From positions 1 to 48,538 of the forward strand of contig CANQAT010000002.1 in assembly GCA_947588925.1 (NCBI GenBank): a DNA stretch of 48,538 nt, in the 5' to 3' direction. Position 1 is the first letter of the stretch, and each line of letters opens with the position of its first letter. This document shows positions 1-9,504 of the stretch, in pieces. Below the pieces are notes generated by a model. That model did no database searches and had not been told where the DNA came from. It saw nothing but the letters and a program-made list of their open reading frames with translations. This DNA is from an uncultured Bacilli bacterium (GTDB taxonomy: Bacteria > Bacillota_I > Bacilli_A > RF39 > UBA660). The position numbers were made by a program, and so were the translations under genes.

Positions 1-80
1 TAATTTTTTTGTTGTTTTTTATTTGAGACTTATAATTACTGGCTTTGCTTGTTGCATTTACTTTGAGAGGTCACTATGTT

Positions 81-2252
81 TTATATTTTTTTAGGATTTA
101 AGTCGACTTCTAAATTAAGTTTTGATTTACTCTTTGATCTATCAACAACAAATTTTAATTTATCATAAATATCTTTTATGTTTTTATATTTAATTATTAT
201 TTGCATATAGTACTTATTATTTATCTTTGGTACGGTGCACAAACTTGGTCCTAATATAATGGCATTTAAACAAGATAGATATTCTTTTACTTTATCTGCC
301 TCATTTTTTAAGTAGTCATAGTCTGCGCCTGTGAGCGTTACTAAACAAATATTGTAGTATGGAGGGTATTTAAGTTTTTTTCTTATTGCCATCTCTTCTT
401 TATAAAAACTTTCATAATCATTTGTACTTGCATATTTTATACTATAGTGTTCTTTGTTAAAACACTGTATTACAACTTTACCGGGGCGAGCTCTACCAGA
501 TCTACCTGACACTTGACTTAAAAGGCTATAAGTTCTTTCCGCACTTCTAAAATCAGGAATATTTAACTGTGCGTCTCCATTTAATACACCAACTAAAGTT
601 ACGTTTTCAAAATCAAGTCCTTTTGATATCATTTGAGTACCTATTAGTATGTCGTATTTTTTATTTTTAAAATCATTTATTATTCTTTCATGACTTCCTT
701 TTTTCTTTGTTGTATCTATATCCATTCTAACTATCTTAGCTGTTTTAAATATTTTACCTACTTCTTCTTCTAGTTTTTCAGTACCCATACCATAAGAATC
801 TAGGTTTTTACTATTACAGCTTGGACAAATTAAAGGTTTATAAGTAGTATAATTGCAATAATGACAATTTAATTTATTACCGTTTTTATGATATGTTAAA
901 GGTATTTCACAGTTAGGACATTTAAGGGTATTTCCACACTCTTTACAAGTGATAGTGGTACTATAACCTCTTCTATTTAAAAATAATATTACTTGTTCAT
1001 TTTTACTTAAGCAATCTGTTATGTTATCTATTAATTTTTTTGAAAGTATTCTATATCCTTTTTTTATTTCTTCTTTCATATCTATTAATTTTACATCAGG
1101 CATAGTCTTATTTATTCTATGTTTTAGTTCTACTAATTTATATATACCAGTTTTAGCTCGAGTGTAACTCTCTATTGATGGGGTCGCACTTCCAAGTACT
1201 AGTGGACAGTTATGTGTTTTCGCACGCTTTATTGCTATATCAATCGTATCATACTTAGGTGTATTTTCTTGCTTATAGGTATCGGAGTGCTCCTCATCTA
1301 ATATTATTAATCCTAAATTAGTAAATGGAGCAAATATCGCACTTCTTGCGCCAATTACAATAGAAACTTCTTTTCTTTCAATTTTTCTCCATTCATCATA
1401 CTTTTCACCATCTGAAAGCGCACTATGAAGTATAGCTATTGAATTTTTAAATCTGCTTTTAAATATTCTAACCATTTGTGGTGTTAAACTAATCTCTGGC
1501 ACTAAAACTATGACTTCTTTATTTTCTTTTAAGACTTCTTCTATTATGTGCATGTAAACTTCAGTTTTCCCACTACCTGTAACCCCATGTATCAAAAATG
1601 GAGCAAATTTATCTTTACATTTTAATACTTCATTTAAAGCATTTTCTTGTTCTAAAGTTAGTTTTACTCTATTATCTTGATAGTTATTAGTATCTATTAA
1701 TCTATAAGTTTCTTCCTTAACTTCTTCAATCACTTTTTTTGATATTAAAGTATTTATACTAGATACAGATATTCTTGATAACTCACTTTTTAAAACTAAT
1801 CCATTTTTAAGTCTTTCTATAATATTTTTCTGATTATCATTTTTTGGTATGTAGGTTTCATCTATTAACTTTATATAACTAGTATATTTTTTATTTACAT
1901 TAAATTTTTTATGAGCTTTTAAAGCTTTAGGCAGCATAGTTTGGTATGCACTTATTAAATTGCAAAGTGTTTTTTTACTTATATACTTGCCTAGTTCTAA
2001 CATCTCTTTATTTATAACAGGACCATCATCTACAATATCTATTATCTCTTTTAGGTTATAATCTAGTTCTTTGTTATATTCTATATTTAGGACAAATCCT
2101 TCTAATGTTTGGTTATTAAAAGGCACTAATACTCTCATTCCAACTGATACTTTATCCTTTAAAGCGTCACTAACAGAATAAGAAAAAGTTTTATCTATTT
2201 TTTTTGCTTTTAATTCTACTAAAACCTCTATTACTATCTTCTCTACTGCCAT
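81..2252 (-). CDS. priA: primosomal replication protein N' (PriA helicase)
   Basis: 723-aa ORF with Walker A GVTGSGKT and DEAH-type box ILDEEH. Paired Cys-rich zinc segment CKECGNTLKCPNCEIPLTYH..CHYCNY..CPSCNS is typical of PriA. GGTGG RBS precedes the ATG. Confidence 0.93.
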   Translation of the reverse strand: MAVEKIVIEVLVELKAKKIDKTFSYSVSDALKDKVSVGMRVLVPFNNQTLEGFVLNIEYNKELDYNLKEIIDIVDDGPVINKEMLELGKYISKKTLCNLISAYQTMLPKALKAHKKFNVNKKYTSYIKLIDETYIPKNDNQKNIIERLKNGLVLKSELSRISVSSINTLISKKVIEEVKEETYRLIDTNNYQDNRVKLTLEQENALNEVLKCKDKFAPFLIHGVTGSGKTEVYMHIIEEVLKENKEVIVLVPEISLTPQMVRIFKSRFKNSIAILHSALSDGEKYDEWRKIERKEVSIVIGARSAIFAPFTNLGLIILDEEHSDTYKQENTPKYDTIDIAIKRAKTHNCPLVLGSATPSIESYTRAKTGIYKLVELKHRINKTMPDVKLIDMKEEIKKGYRILSKKLIDNITDCLSKNEQVILFLNRRGYSTTITCKECGNTLKCPNCEIPLTYHKNGNKLNCHYCNYTTYKPLICPSCNSKNLDSYGMGTEKLEEEVGKIFKTAKIVRMDIDTTKKKGSHERIINDFKNKKYDILIGTQMISKGLDFENVTLVGVLNGDAQLNIPDFRSAERTYSLLSQVSGRSGRARPGKVVIQCFNKEHYSIKYASTNDYESFYKEEMAIRKKLKYPPYYNICLVTLTGADYDYLKNEADKVKEYLSCLNAIILGPSLCTVPKINNKYYMQIIIKYKNIKDIYDKLKFVVDRSKSKSKLNLEVDLNPKKI

Positions 2253-2309
2253 ATAACCACCATAAATATTATAACAAAATTATAAAAAGAAAAAAAGTAT
2301 AAAATATAC

Positions 2310-2582
2310 TTAAGTTTTGCAATTTATTTTTACTATAGTACAGCCTACATTATTATAAAATAATCTATATTCTAATACATCTTTACTATTTTTAAGCGTT
2401 TTATTTACTTCTTCTTTTAAGACACCTGTACCAATTCCATGTATGATACAAATAATATCATTTTTTAATATTTTATTATCTTTAATAAATTCAAGTACTT
2501 TTACTCTAGCAGTATCTCTATCTAGTGTATGAAGATCTATAGTGGGCAGGCTATCTATATATATGACATCTTTAAGTTCCAT
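2310..2582 (-). CDS. Smr-domain small protein
   Basis: The ORF track gives 2310-2633. I prefer the ATG at 2582 (GGAG 8 nt upstream), so the product starts MELKDVIYID. Smr-like pattern TIDLHT...CIIHGIGTGVLKEEV is present. Confidence 0.65.
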   Translation of the reverse strand: MELKDVIYIDSLPTIDLHTLDRDTARVKVLEFIKDNKILKNDIICIIHGIGTGVLKEEVNKTLKNSKDVLEYRLFYNNVGCTIVKINCKT

Positions 2583-2648
2583 ATTACCAACTCCATAAAA
2601 AGTATACCACAAACCAAAAGAAAACTCCATCATATGATAGAGTTTTGT

Positions 2649-2708
2649 ACATTTTCGACCGGGATTATTTATTACTCGCTAGCCACCCGGAAGCGAGAAA
2701 CATTTTCG
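2649..2708. repeat. direct-repeat-flanked GC-rich hairpin / pseudoknot-capable element in the AT-rich spacer between ppdK and the Smr gene
   Basis: ACATTTTCG occurs at 2649-2657 and 2700-2708. Between them lie hairpin CTCGCT(2675-2680)/AGCGAG(2692-2697) and CCGGG(2659-2663), which is complementary to the loop CCCGG(2686-2690). Confidence 0.3.
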
Positions 2709-2917
2709 CACTTTTTCAAGTACAATAATAATATACTATATTTTTATGAAAATATCAAATAGCATACATTATTGATATAAAACTAAGAATTTATTTTAGA
2801 AAAATAGGGCTCCATCAATTAAGACAGTGCCCATGCAAAAGTGTAAACACTTTTTCCTTGCATAACCATATTATCACATAATAATGATTATGTCAAACTA
2901 CTCATTCAAATTTTAAA

Positions 2918-5551
2918 TTATTTATTTTCTTTTTCTTTTACTACAGCTTGAGCAGCAGCAAGTCTAGCTAGTGGAACTCTAAATGGACTACAAGATACAT
3001 AGTCAAGTCCTACTCTATGGCAGAATTCAACACTTGATGGTTCTCCGCCGTGTTCTCCACAAATACCCATATGGATATCAGGACGAGTTTGACGACCTAA
3101 GCGAGCAGCCATTTCAACAAGTTTTCCAACTCCATTTTGATCTAACTTAGCAAATGGATCACTTTCAAATATTCCTTTTGCATAGTATTCATTTAAGAAC
3201 TTAGCAGCGTCATCTCTTGAGAATCCAAATGTCATTTGAGTTAAATCGTTTGTTCCAAATGAGAAGAATTCTGCTTCTTTAGCTATTTCATCAGCCGTAA
3301 CTGCAGCTCTTGGTATTTCTATCATTGTTCCAACATGATATTTTAAATCTACGCCTGCTTCTTTAATTATACTATCAGCAGTTTCACAAACTATCTTTTT
3401 AACATATTTAAGTTCGTTTACATCTCCTACTAGAGGTATCATAATCTCAGGAGTTATGTTCATGCCTTTTTTATTTACATTAATTGCAGCCTCGATAACA
3501 GCTCTTGTTTGCATTTTAGCAATTTCAGGATAAGTAATTGCAAGTCTACATCCACGGTGTCCCATCATTGGATTAAATTCCTTTAATGATTCAACACGTG
3601 CTTTTAAATCTTCAAAGCTCATTCCAAGTGACTCTGCAAGTGGTTTAATCTCTTCATCAGTATGAGGCAAGAATTCATGTAGAGGTGGATCTAAGTAACG
3701 AATTACAACTGGATCTCCTTCCATAGCCTCAAATAATCCTTCAAAGTCTTTTCTTTGATATGGAAGTATCTTTTCTAGTGCTTCCTCACGTTTCTCTACT
3801 GTATCAGCAGCAATCATTCTTCTAAAGTTAAATATTCTTTCCTCTTCAAAGAACATGTGCTCCGTACGACAAAGACCTATACCTTCTGCACCAAATTTAC
3901 GTGCTTGAATAGCGTCTTTAGGTGTATCAGCGTTAGTTCTAACTTTAAGTCTTCTAACACTATCAGCCCATCCCATAAATGTCTCAAAGTCTCCACTTAT
4001 CTCAGGCTCTTTAGTCTTAATTTGTTCACCATATACATTACCAGTTGAACCATCTAAGCTCATCCAGTCTCCTTCATGGTATACTTTTCCATCTTTAGTC
4101 TTAACTGTCTTAGCTTCTTCATCTATAACAAGTTCACCACATCCAGATACACAGCAAGTACCCATTCCACGAGCAACAACTGCAGCATGGCTTGTCATAC
4201 CACCACGTATAGTAAGTATACCGTGAGCAATATTCATACCTTCGATATCCTCAGGTGAAGTTTCAAGTCTAACAAGTAATAAATCTTTTTCTCCGTTTTT
4301 AGAAGCATTCATAACATCTTCTGCAGTAAAGTATATCTTTCCTGTTGCAGCACCCGGAGAAGCAGCAAGACCTGTTGCAACTACCTTAGCAGCTTTTAGG
4401 CTATCTTGATCAAAATTAGGGTGTAATAACTGATCTAATTGTTTAGGTTCAACTTTAAGTAAAGCCTCTTCCTTAGAGATCATTCCCTCATTTACTAAAT
4501 CAACAGCAATTTTTAAAGCAGCTTGCGCAGTTCTTTTACCATTACGAGTTTGTAACATGAAAAGTTTTCCATTTTCAATAGTAAATTCCATGTCTTGCAT
4601 ATCTTTGTAATGATTTTCAAGTGTATTACAAATCTTAACGAATTCGTTGTAGCACTCAGGCATTGTATCTTTTAATGTATCTATTGTCTTAGGTGTACGA
4701 ATACCAGCAACAACATCTTCACCTTGTGCGTTCATTAAGTATTCACCATATAACTTCTTTTCTCCTGTTGCAGGGTTTCTTGTGAATGCAACACCAGTAC
4801 CAGAAGTTTCACCACGGTTACCATAAACCATCTCTTGAACGTTTACAGCAGTTCCCCAACTAGATGGAATATCGTTAAGTCTACGATATGTGATTGCTCT
4901 ATCGTTATTCCAACTTCTAAATACAGCTTTAACTGCTTCCATTAATTGAACTTTTGGATCTTGTGGGAATTCATCACCTGAATGTTTCTTATATTCTTCT
5001 TTATAAATTTCAACAACTTCCATTAAGTCTTCTGCAGAAAGTTCAGTATCGTACTGTACTCCTTTTTCCTCTTTGATTACATCGAATTTTCTTTCAAATG
5101 AACTTTTTGGAAATCCCATAACTACATCTGCAAACATTTGAATAAATCTTCTGTAACTATCGTATACAAATCTAGGATTGTTTGTTGTCTTAGCAAATCC
5201 TTTTGCAACTTCATCATTTAAACCTAAGTTTAAAACAGTATCCATCATACCTGGCATAGATGCTCTAGCGCCACTTCTAACAGATACTAATAATGGGTTT
5301 TCAACATCGCCAAACTTTTTACCAGTCTCTTTTTCAAGAGCGTCTAAATGTTTTAAGATTTCGTCTTTAATCTCTTTAGAAATGTCCTCTCCATCCTCAT
5401 AATATTTTGTACATGCTTCTGTTGTAACAGTAAAACCTCTTGGAACAGGAAGTCCAATTCCTGTCATTTCAGCAAGGTTCGCACCCTTACCTCCCAAAAG
5501 ATTACGCATGTCCTTGTTACCTTCTTTAAAGGCATAAACATATTTTGTCAT
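2918..5551 (-). CDS. ppdK: pyruvate, phosphate dikinase
   Basis: Motifs LLGGKGANLAEM, phospho-His GGMTSHAAVVARGMG, and C-terminal CGEHGGEPSSV. Start moved from 5650 to the ATG at 5551 (MTKYVYAFKEG), which follows AAGGAGG. The 33-codon upstream extension has no homology-like content. Confidence 0.95.
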   Translation of the reverse strand: MTKYVYAFKEGNKDMRNLLGGKGANLAEMTGIGLPVPRGFTVTTEACTKYYEDGEDISKEIKDEILKHLDALEKETGKKFGDVENPLLVSVRSGARASMPGMMDTVLNLGLNDEVAKGFAKTTNNPRFVYDSYRRFIQMFADVVMGFPKSSFERKFDVIKEEKGVQYDTELSAEDLMEVVEIYKEEYKKHSGDEFPQDPKVQLMEAVKAVFRSWNNDRAITYRRLNDIPSSWGTAVNVQEMVYGNRGETSGTGVAFTRNPATGEKKLYGEYLMNAQGEDVVAGIRTPKTIDTLKDTMPECYNEFVKICNTLENHYKDMQDMEFTIENGKLFMLQTRNGKRTAQAALKIAVDLVNEGMISKEEALLKVEPKQLDQLLHPNFDQDSLKAAKVVATGLAASPGAATGKIYFTAEDVMNASKNGEKDLLLVRLETSPEDIEGMNIAHGILTIRGGMTSHAAVVARGMGTCCVSGCGELVIDEEAKTVKTKDGKVYHEGDWMSLDGSTGNVYGEQIKTKEPEISGDFETFMGWADSVRRLKVRTNADTPKDAIQARKFGAEGIGLCRTEHMFFEEERIFNFRRMIAADTVEKREEALEKILPYQRKDFEGLFEAMEGDPVVIRYLDPPLHEFLPHTDEEIKPLAESLGMSFEDLKARVESLKEFNPMMGHRGCRLAITYPEIAKMQTRAVIEAAINVNKKGMNITPEIMIPLVGDVNELKYVKKIVCETADSIIKEAGVDLKYHVGTMIEIPRAAVTADEIAKEAEFFSFGTNDLTQMTFGFSRDDAAKFLNEYYAKGIFESDPFAKLDQNGVGKLVEMAARLGRQTRPDIHMGICGEHGGEPSSVEFCHRVGLDYVSCSPFRVPLARLAAAQAVVKEKENK

Positions 5552-5578
5552 ATAATCCTCCTTATTAACAACAAGATA

Positions 5579-5608
5579 ATTATAACATGAATAGAAAAAA
5601 GAGAGCAA
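5579..5608 (-). promoter_or_regulatory. candidate sigma-A promoter of ppdK
   Basis: On the minus strand: TTGCTC, 18 nt spacer, TGtTATAAT (extended -10). It lies about 28 nt upstream of the ATG at 5551. Confidence 0.35.
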
Positions 5609-5656
5609 GTGTTTTTGATAAAATTTATAAATTTTTTTGCATATATACAAAAAAGG

Positions 5657-5803
5657 CTATTTTCCTTTAGTTAATAGAAAATAACCTACCACAAGTAATA
5701 CAACTATAACAAGCACAGCAACTAATAGTGATAACTCACTTTTTGATTTTGCTTCTTTTCTTTTTCTAATAGTTTTATTAGATGGTCTTCCTCTTTTAGC
5801 CAT
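5657..5803 (-). CDS. small (48 aa) single-pass membrane protein, not in the ORF track
   Basis: ATG at 5803 is preceded by GTAGGAGGAAGT. Product is MAKRGRPSNKTIRKRKEAKSKSELSLLVAVLVIVVLLVVGYFLLTKGK, a basic N-terminus followed by one hydrophobic helix. TAG stop at 5657-5659. Confidence 0.45.
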   Translation of the reverse strand: MAKRGRPSNKTIRKRKEAKSKSELSLLVAVLVIVVLLVVGYFLLTKGK

Positions 5804-5862
5804 ACTTCCTCCTACTATTATTTACGTTAGAATTATAACATATTATTAGATATTTATCAATA

Positions 5863-6813
5863 TTATATCTTTAAATATTTCTTTACAGCCCTTGAACTAC
5901 CAAACATTCCTACAATCATACCTATTAATATAAGTCCAAGTGAAGTCATGTATACAAATGGAGTTGGTTCAATTAACTTAATAAAGCTAGTAAATAACTG
6001 ACCATTAAAATGATTATAAATAGCTGAATATCCATATATCGTTACTAATATAGGTATTACTGATCCAAACATTCCAAGTATTAATCCTTCAAATATAAAT
6101 GGTAGTTTTATATTAATATTTGAAGCTCCAACAAGTCTCATGATCTCTATTTCTCTTTTTCTAGACATAATAGTTATTTTAATTGTATTAGCAATCAAAA
6201 ATGCGGTTACAACTACAAGAGCAATTACTACAAAAATTGACCCTTTTCTAATTACATCAAATACAGTTACTAGCTGCTCTACCATACCCTCACCATATTT
6301 AACGATATTTACATTATCAATTTTCTTTATCTCATCTGCAGTTTTATTTATTAAGTTTATATCTTCTACTTTTATTTGATATGTATCTTGTACTGGACTA
6401 TTTTCACGAGTATAATCAGACATTATACTTTTTAATATATCTGATGAAGCCATCATTTCTTTTGATATATCCATTTTATCTACAAATGTTACATCTTTTT
6501 TAGTGCACGAACCATTTTCGTTCATCTCTAAACATTTAATATTGTCAAGTGTTATTATATTGTCATATATTTCATCTATTTCTTCTTCAGTTACATCTAA
6601 GTCCAAAAAAGCTACAATAGTTACATCTTTCTCTACTATCTTTGTAAAATTGCTTACGTTAAAAGATAAGACAACTGTAACAGCTACAACAATTAAAGTT
6701 ATTGTAATACAAGATATAGACGCTAATGAAAGTGAGAAATTTCTAAAAACGCTTTTAAATGAATCTCTTATATTTCTAGATAATATTCTAAATGCTTTCA
6801 CTCTTATATTCAC
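5863..6813 (-). CDS. ftsX: cell division permease-like protein FtsX
   Basis: 316 aa with an N-terminal TM, an extracellular domain and three C-terminal TM helices. It overlaps and follows ftsE. Confidence 0.85.
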   Translation of the reverse strand: MNIRVKAFRILSRNIRDSFKSVFRNFSLSLASISCITITLIVVAVTVVLSFNVSNFTKIVEKDVTIVAFLDLDVTEEEIDEIYDNIITLDNIKCLEMNENGSCTKKDVTFVDKMDISKEMMASSDILKSIMSDYTRENSPVQDTYQIKVEDINLINKTADEIKKIDNVNIVKYGEGMVEQLVTVFDVIRKGSIFVVIALVVVTAFLIANTIKITIMSRKREIEIMRLVGASNINIKLPFIFEGLILGMFGSVIPILVTIYGYSAIYNHFNGQLFTSFIKLIEPTPFVYMTSLGLILIGMIVGMFGSSRAVKKYLKI

Positions 6814-7483
6814 CTGCCTTATAATCTTTAACTACTCTACCAGAATCAAGTAATATAACACGTTTTTTCATTTTTTTAACTATATCAATATCATGAGTTA
6901 CCATAAGAATTGTCGTTCCAAGTTCATTTATTGCCTCAAGTACATCCATAATCTCCATACTGGTTTTTGGATCTAAGTTTCCTGTTGGTTCATCACATAT
7001 TAATATCTTAGGTCCGTTTACTATAGCACGCGCGATTGCAACCCTCTGTTGCTCACCGCCTGATAGATGATTAGGATATTGTTTTGCTTTATTCTTAAGT
7101 CCTACTAGATCTAGAACTTTCATAACTTTATTATGTATTTCTTCTTTTGGAAGTCCTAAAACTTCTAGAGCAAAAGCAACATTTTCATATGCAGTTGAAT
7201 TAGGCAATAATTGATAGTTTTGAAATACAACGCCTATTTTTCTTCTTAGTTTATAGACTTTTCTATTTCTTATTTTACCTACATCAAGTCCACCTACAAG
7301 TATTTTACCACTAGTTGGTTTCTCTTCGCGGTATAGCATTTTAATAAGAGTACTCTTACCACATCCTGTAGCTCCTATAATAAATAAGAATTCGCCTTTT
7401 TCTATAGTTAAATTTAAGTCATATATAGCAGTCGTACCTGTTTTATATGTCTTTTTTACATTCATAATTCTAATTAAATCCAT
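6788..7483 (-). CDS. ftsE: cell division ATP-binding protein FtsE
   Basis: ABC ATPase motifs: Walker A GATGCGKST, signature LSGGEQQRVAIARA, Walker B ILICDEPTG. AGGAG RBS. Located immediately upstream of ftsX. Confidence 0.9.
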   Translation of the reverse strand: MDLIRIMNVKKTYKTGTTAIYDLNLTIEKGEFLFIIGATGCGKSTLIKMLYREEKPTSGKILVGGLDVGKIRNRKVYKLRRKIGVVFQNYQLLPNSTAYENVAFALEVLGLPKEEIHNKVMKVLDLVGLKNKAKQYPNHLSGGEQQRVAIARAIVNGPKILICDEPTGNLDPKTSMEIMDVLEAINELGTTILMVTHDIDIVKKMKKRVILLDSGRVVKDYKAGEYKSESI

Positions 7484-7491
7484 ACTATCTC

Positions 7492-8388
7492 CTATCCTAT
7501 TCCCTCTGTTTCATAAACATCATTTATTAATATTACTGCATTTTTATCCATATCCATAATAACATTTTTAGCTAAGTAATATTCTTTTGTTGGAATAACA
7601 CACATGATTACCTTTTTTCTATCACCTGTATATCCTCCTCTACCTTCTAATACTGTCACACCCATTCCTAAATCATCCATTAAAAATTTCTTTATCGATG
7701 TTTCATTTTCAGTTATTATGTAAAATGCCTTTGAATCAGATATTCCAAGTAAAACTTTATCAGTTAAATATGTAACTATATAAACAGCAATACTTGCATA
7801 CATTACATTTTCCCATGCATAAACTACATTATTGCCTATAAAAAATCCTGAACCTATAACTATTGTTACATTTATTATTCTAAGAGAATTTCCTATAGGT
7901 ATTTTAAAGTATTTAGATATTATTTGACCTATTATATCACTTCCACCAGTAGAAAAACCATACTTAAATGTTAGCCCTGCGCCAATTCCATTTATTATAG
8001 CTCCAAAAAGAGCAATTAAAAGCATATTATCTACATCAAAATGAATAAGAGTTCCTATATCTTTTGTAATGTATATAAAAAGTGGATAAAGTATAGAGCC
8101 TATAACAGAATATTTAGTAGTATTTTTGCCAAGTATAAAGAAACTAGCTATTAAAAGTACTATGTATGAAATTGCAATAAATAGTGATGTAGATATACCA
8201 AACAAATGGTTAACTACGATAGATAACCCAGACACACCACCAGTAACTAAATTATTTGGTTTATAAAATACGTTAAAAGCAAAAGCTAGAAGGAAACACC
8301 CTATAATAAGAAATGTATATCTTTTTAATCTATCTTTTTTATTTAATCTTTTTAATAAATTATCACTAATGTTTTTAAAATAAAGCAT
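7492..8388 (-). CDS. YitT-family membrane protein (DUF2179 C-terminal domain)
   Basis: Polytopic N-terminal half (GGVSGLSIV, GGSDIIG) plus a soluble C-terminal domain (GVTVLEGRGGYTG). The start overlaps the prfB stop (TAATG). Confidence 0.8.
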   Translation of the reverse strand: MLYFKNISDNLLKRLNKKDRLKRYTFLIIGCFLLAFAFNVFYKPNNLVTGGVSGLSIVVNHLFGISTSLFIAISYIVLLIASFFILGKNTTKYSVIGSILYPLFIYITKDIGTLIHFDVDNMLLIALFGAIINGIGAGLTFKYGFSTGGSDIIGQIISKYFKIPIGNSLRIINVTIVIGSGFFIGNNVVYAWENVMYASIAVYIVTYLTDKVLLGISDSKAFYIITENETSIKKFLMDDLGMGVTVLEGRGGYTGDRKKVIMCVIPTKEYYLAKNVIMDMDKNAVILINDVYETEGIG

Positions 8389-9492
8389 TATCTCACTCCC
8401 AATTTTAAATTTTCATATATAAATTCGTTTAAATCACCATCTAATATTTTTTCAACATTCGCACTTTCAAATAGTGTTCTATGATCTTTTACAAGAGTAT
8501 AAGGACACATAGTATATGTTCTAATCTGTGAGCCAAAATTAATTTCTGTATTTTCTCCCTTTATATTCTTAAGTTCTTTTTCTCTTCTTTCTAACTCTAA
8601 GTTATATAATTTATTTTTAAGTACAGTCATACATGTTTCTTTGTTTCTTATCTGACTTCTTTCATTTTGACATGTTACAACTATTTTTGATGGAAAATGA
8701 GTTATTCTAACTGCAGAAGGCGTTGTATTAACCCCTTGTCCACCATGTCCAGACGCACAAAATGTATCTATTCTTATATCAGAATCTTTTATTTCTATAT
8801 CTATATCTTGGTTATTATAAAGCGGTGTGATATCGACTGAAGCAAATGATGTATGTCTTCTTTTATTAGAATCAAATGGGCTTATTCTGATTAAACGGTG
8901 TACCCCCTTTTCATTCTTTAAATATCCATAACTATTTAAACCATGTACTATAAAAGATACACTTTTTATTCCTGCTTCCTCTCCATCTTGATAATCTAAT
9001 AATTCTACCTTTTTATTATTTTTTTCACACCATCTATTATACATTCTATAAAGCATAGAAGCCCAATCACAGGATTCGGTACCCCCCGCCCCCGGATGAA
9101 TTTCAAGTATACAATCAGATTTATCATAAGGTCCATTTAGTAATAGTTCTAGCTCTACACTATTTAATTTAGATTCTATATCTTTTAAATCATTAGATAT
9201 TAGTTCTAACATTTCTAAATCATTAGATGTCTTAATTAACTCAGCTATTTCAAGATTAGATTCTATATCTTTTTTTATTTTTTCAATACCACCTATTTTA
9301 TATTTTAGCGAATTTATCTCATTTAATACTTCCTCACTATGAGATTTATCATTCCAAAAATTAGGATTATTTATTTCACTTTCTAATTCTTCTATTCTTT
9401 TTTTCTTTGATATAGGGTCAAAGAGACCTCCATAAATCTTCTGCTTTTTCATTAAGTTCTCTATATTTATTTAATATCTCATTCAATTCCAT
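8388..9492 (-). CDS. prfB: peptide chain release factor 2, requires programmed +1 frameshift
   Basis: Frame 0 runs from ATG at 9492 (after AGGAGG): MELNEILNKYRELNEKAEDLWRSL, then TGA at 9418-9420. The sequence GGAGGTCTCTTTGACCC is an internal SD followed by CTT TGA C. The +1 frame continues DPISKKKRIEELE... and contains the SPF (RISPFD) and GGQ (GHGGQGVNT) motifs. Confidence 0.93.
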
Positions 9493-9504
9493 AAAAACCT
9501 CCTA

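Noticed and set aside
2529-2762. Plus-strand ORF of 77 aa, and the 17-codon N-terminal extension of the Smr ORF (2583-2633)
   Set aside because: The plus-strand ORF overlaps the Smr start and the structured spacer. The extension (MMEFSFGLWYTFYGVGN) lacks an RBS, whereas the internal ATG at 2582 has GGAG at the right distance.
3857-5402. Plus-strand ORFs 3857-4048, 4076-4258 and 5178-5402, antisense to ppdK
   Set aside because: They lie entirely inside a very well-supported minus-strand gene. The products are low-complexity S/F/T/L-rich strings typical of antisense frames of AT-rich coding DNA, and none has an RBS.
5552-5650. 33-codon N-terminal extension of ppdK in the ORF track
   Set aside because: PPDK proteins start near MxKxVYxFxEG. 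The ATG at 5551 has a perfect AAGGAGG RBS, and the extension overlaps the predicted promoter.
6140-6853. Plus-strand ORFs 6140-6379 and 6503-6853, antisense to ftsX/ftsE
   Set aside because: They are antisense to conserved genes and have Ile/Ser/Thr-rich, low-complexity translations.
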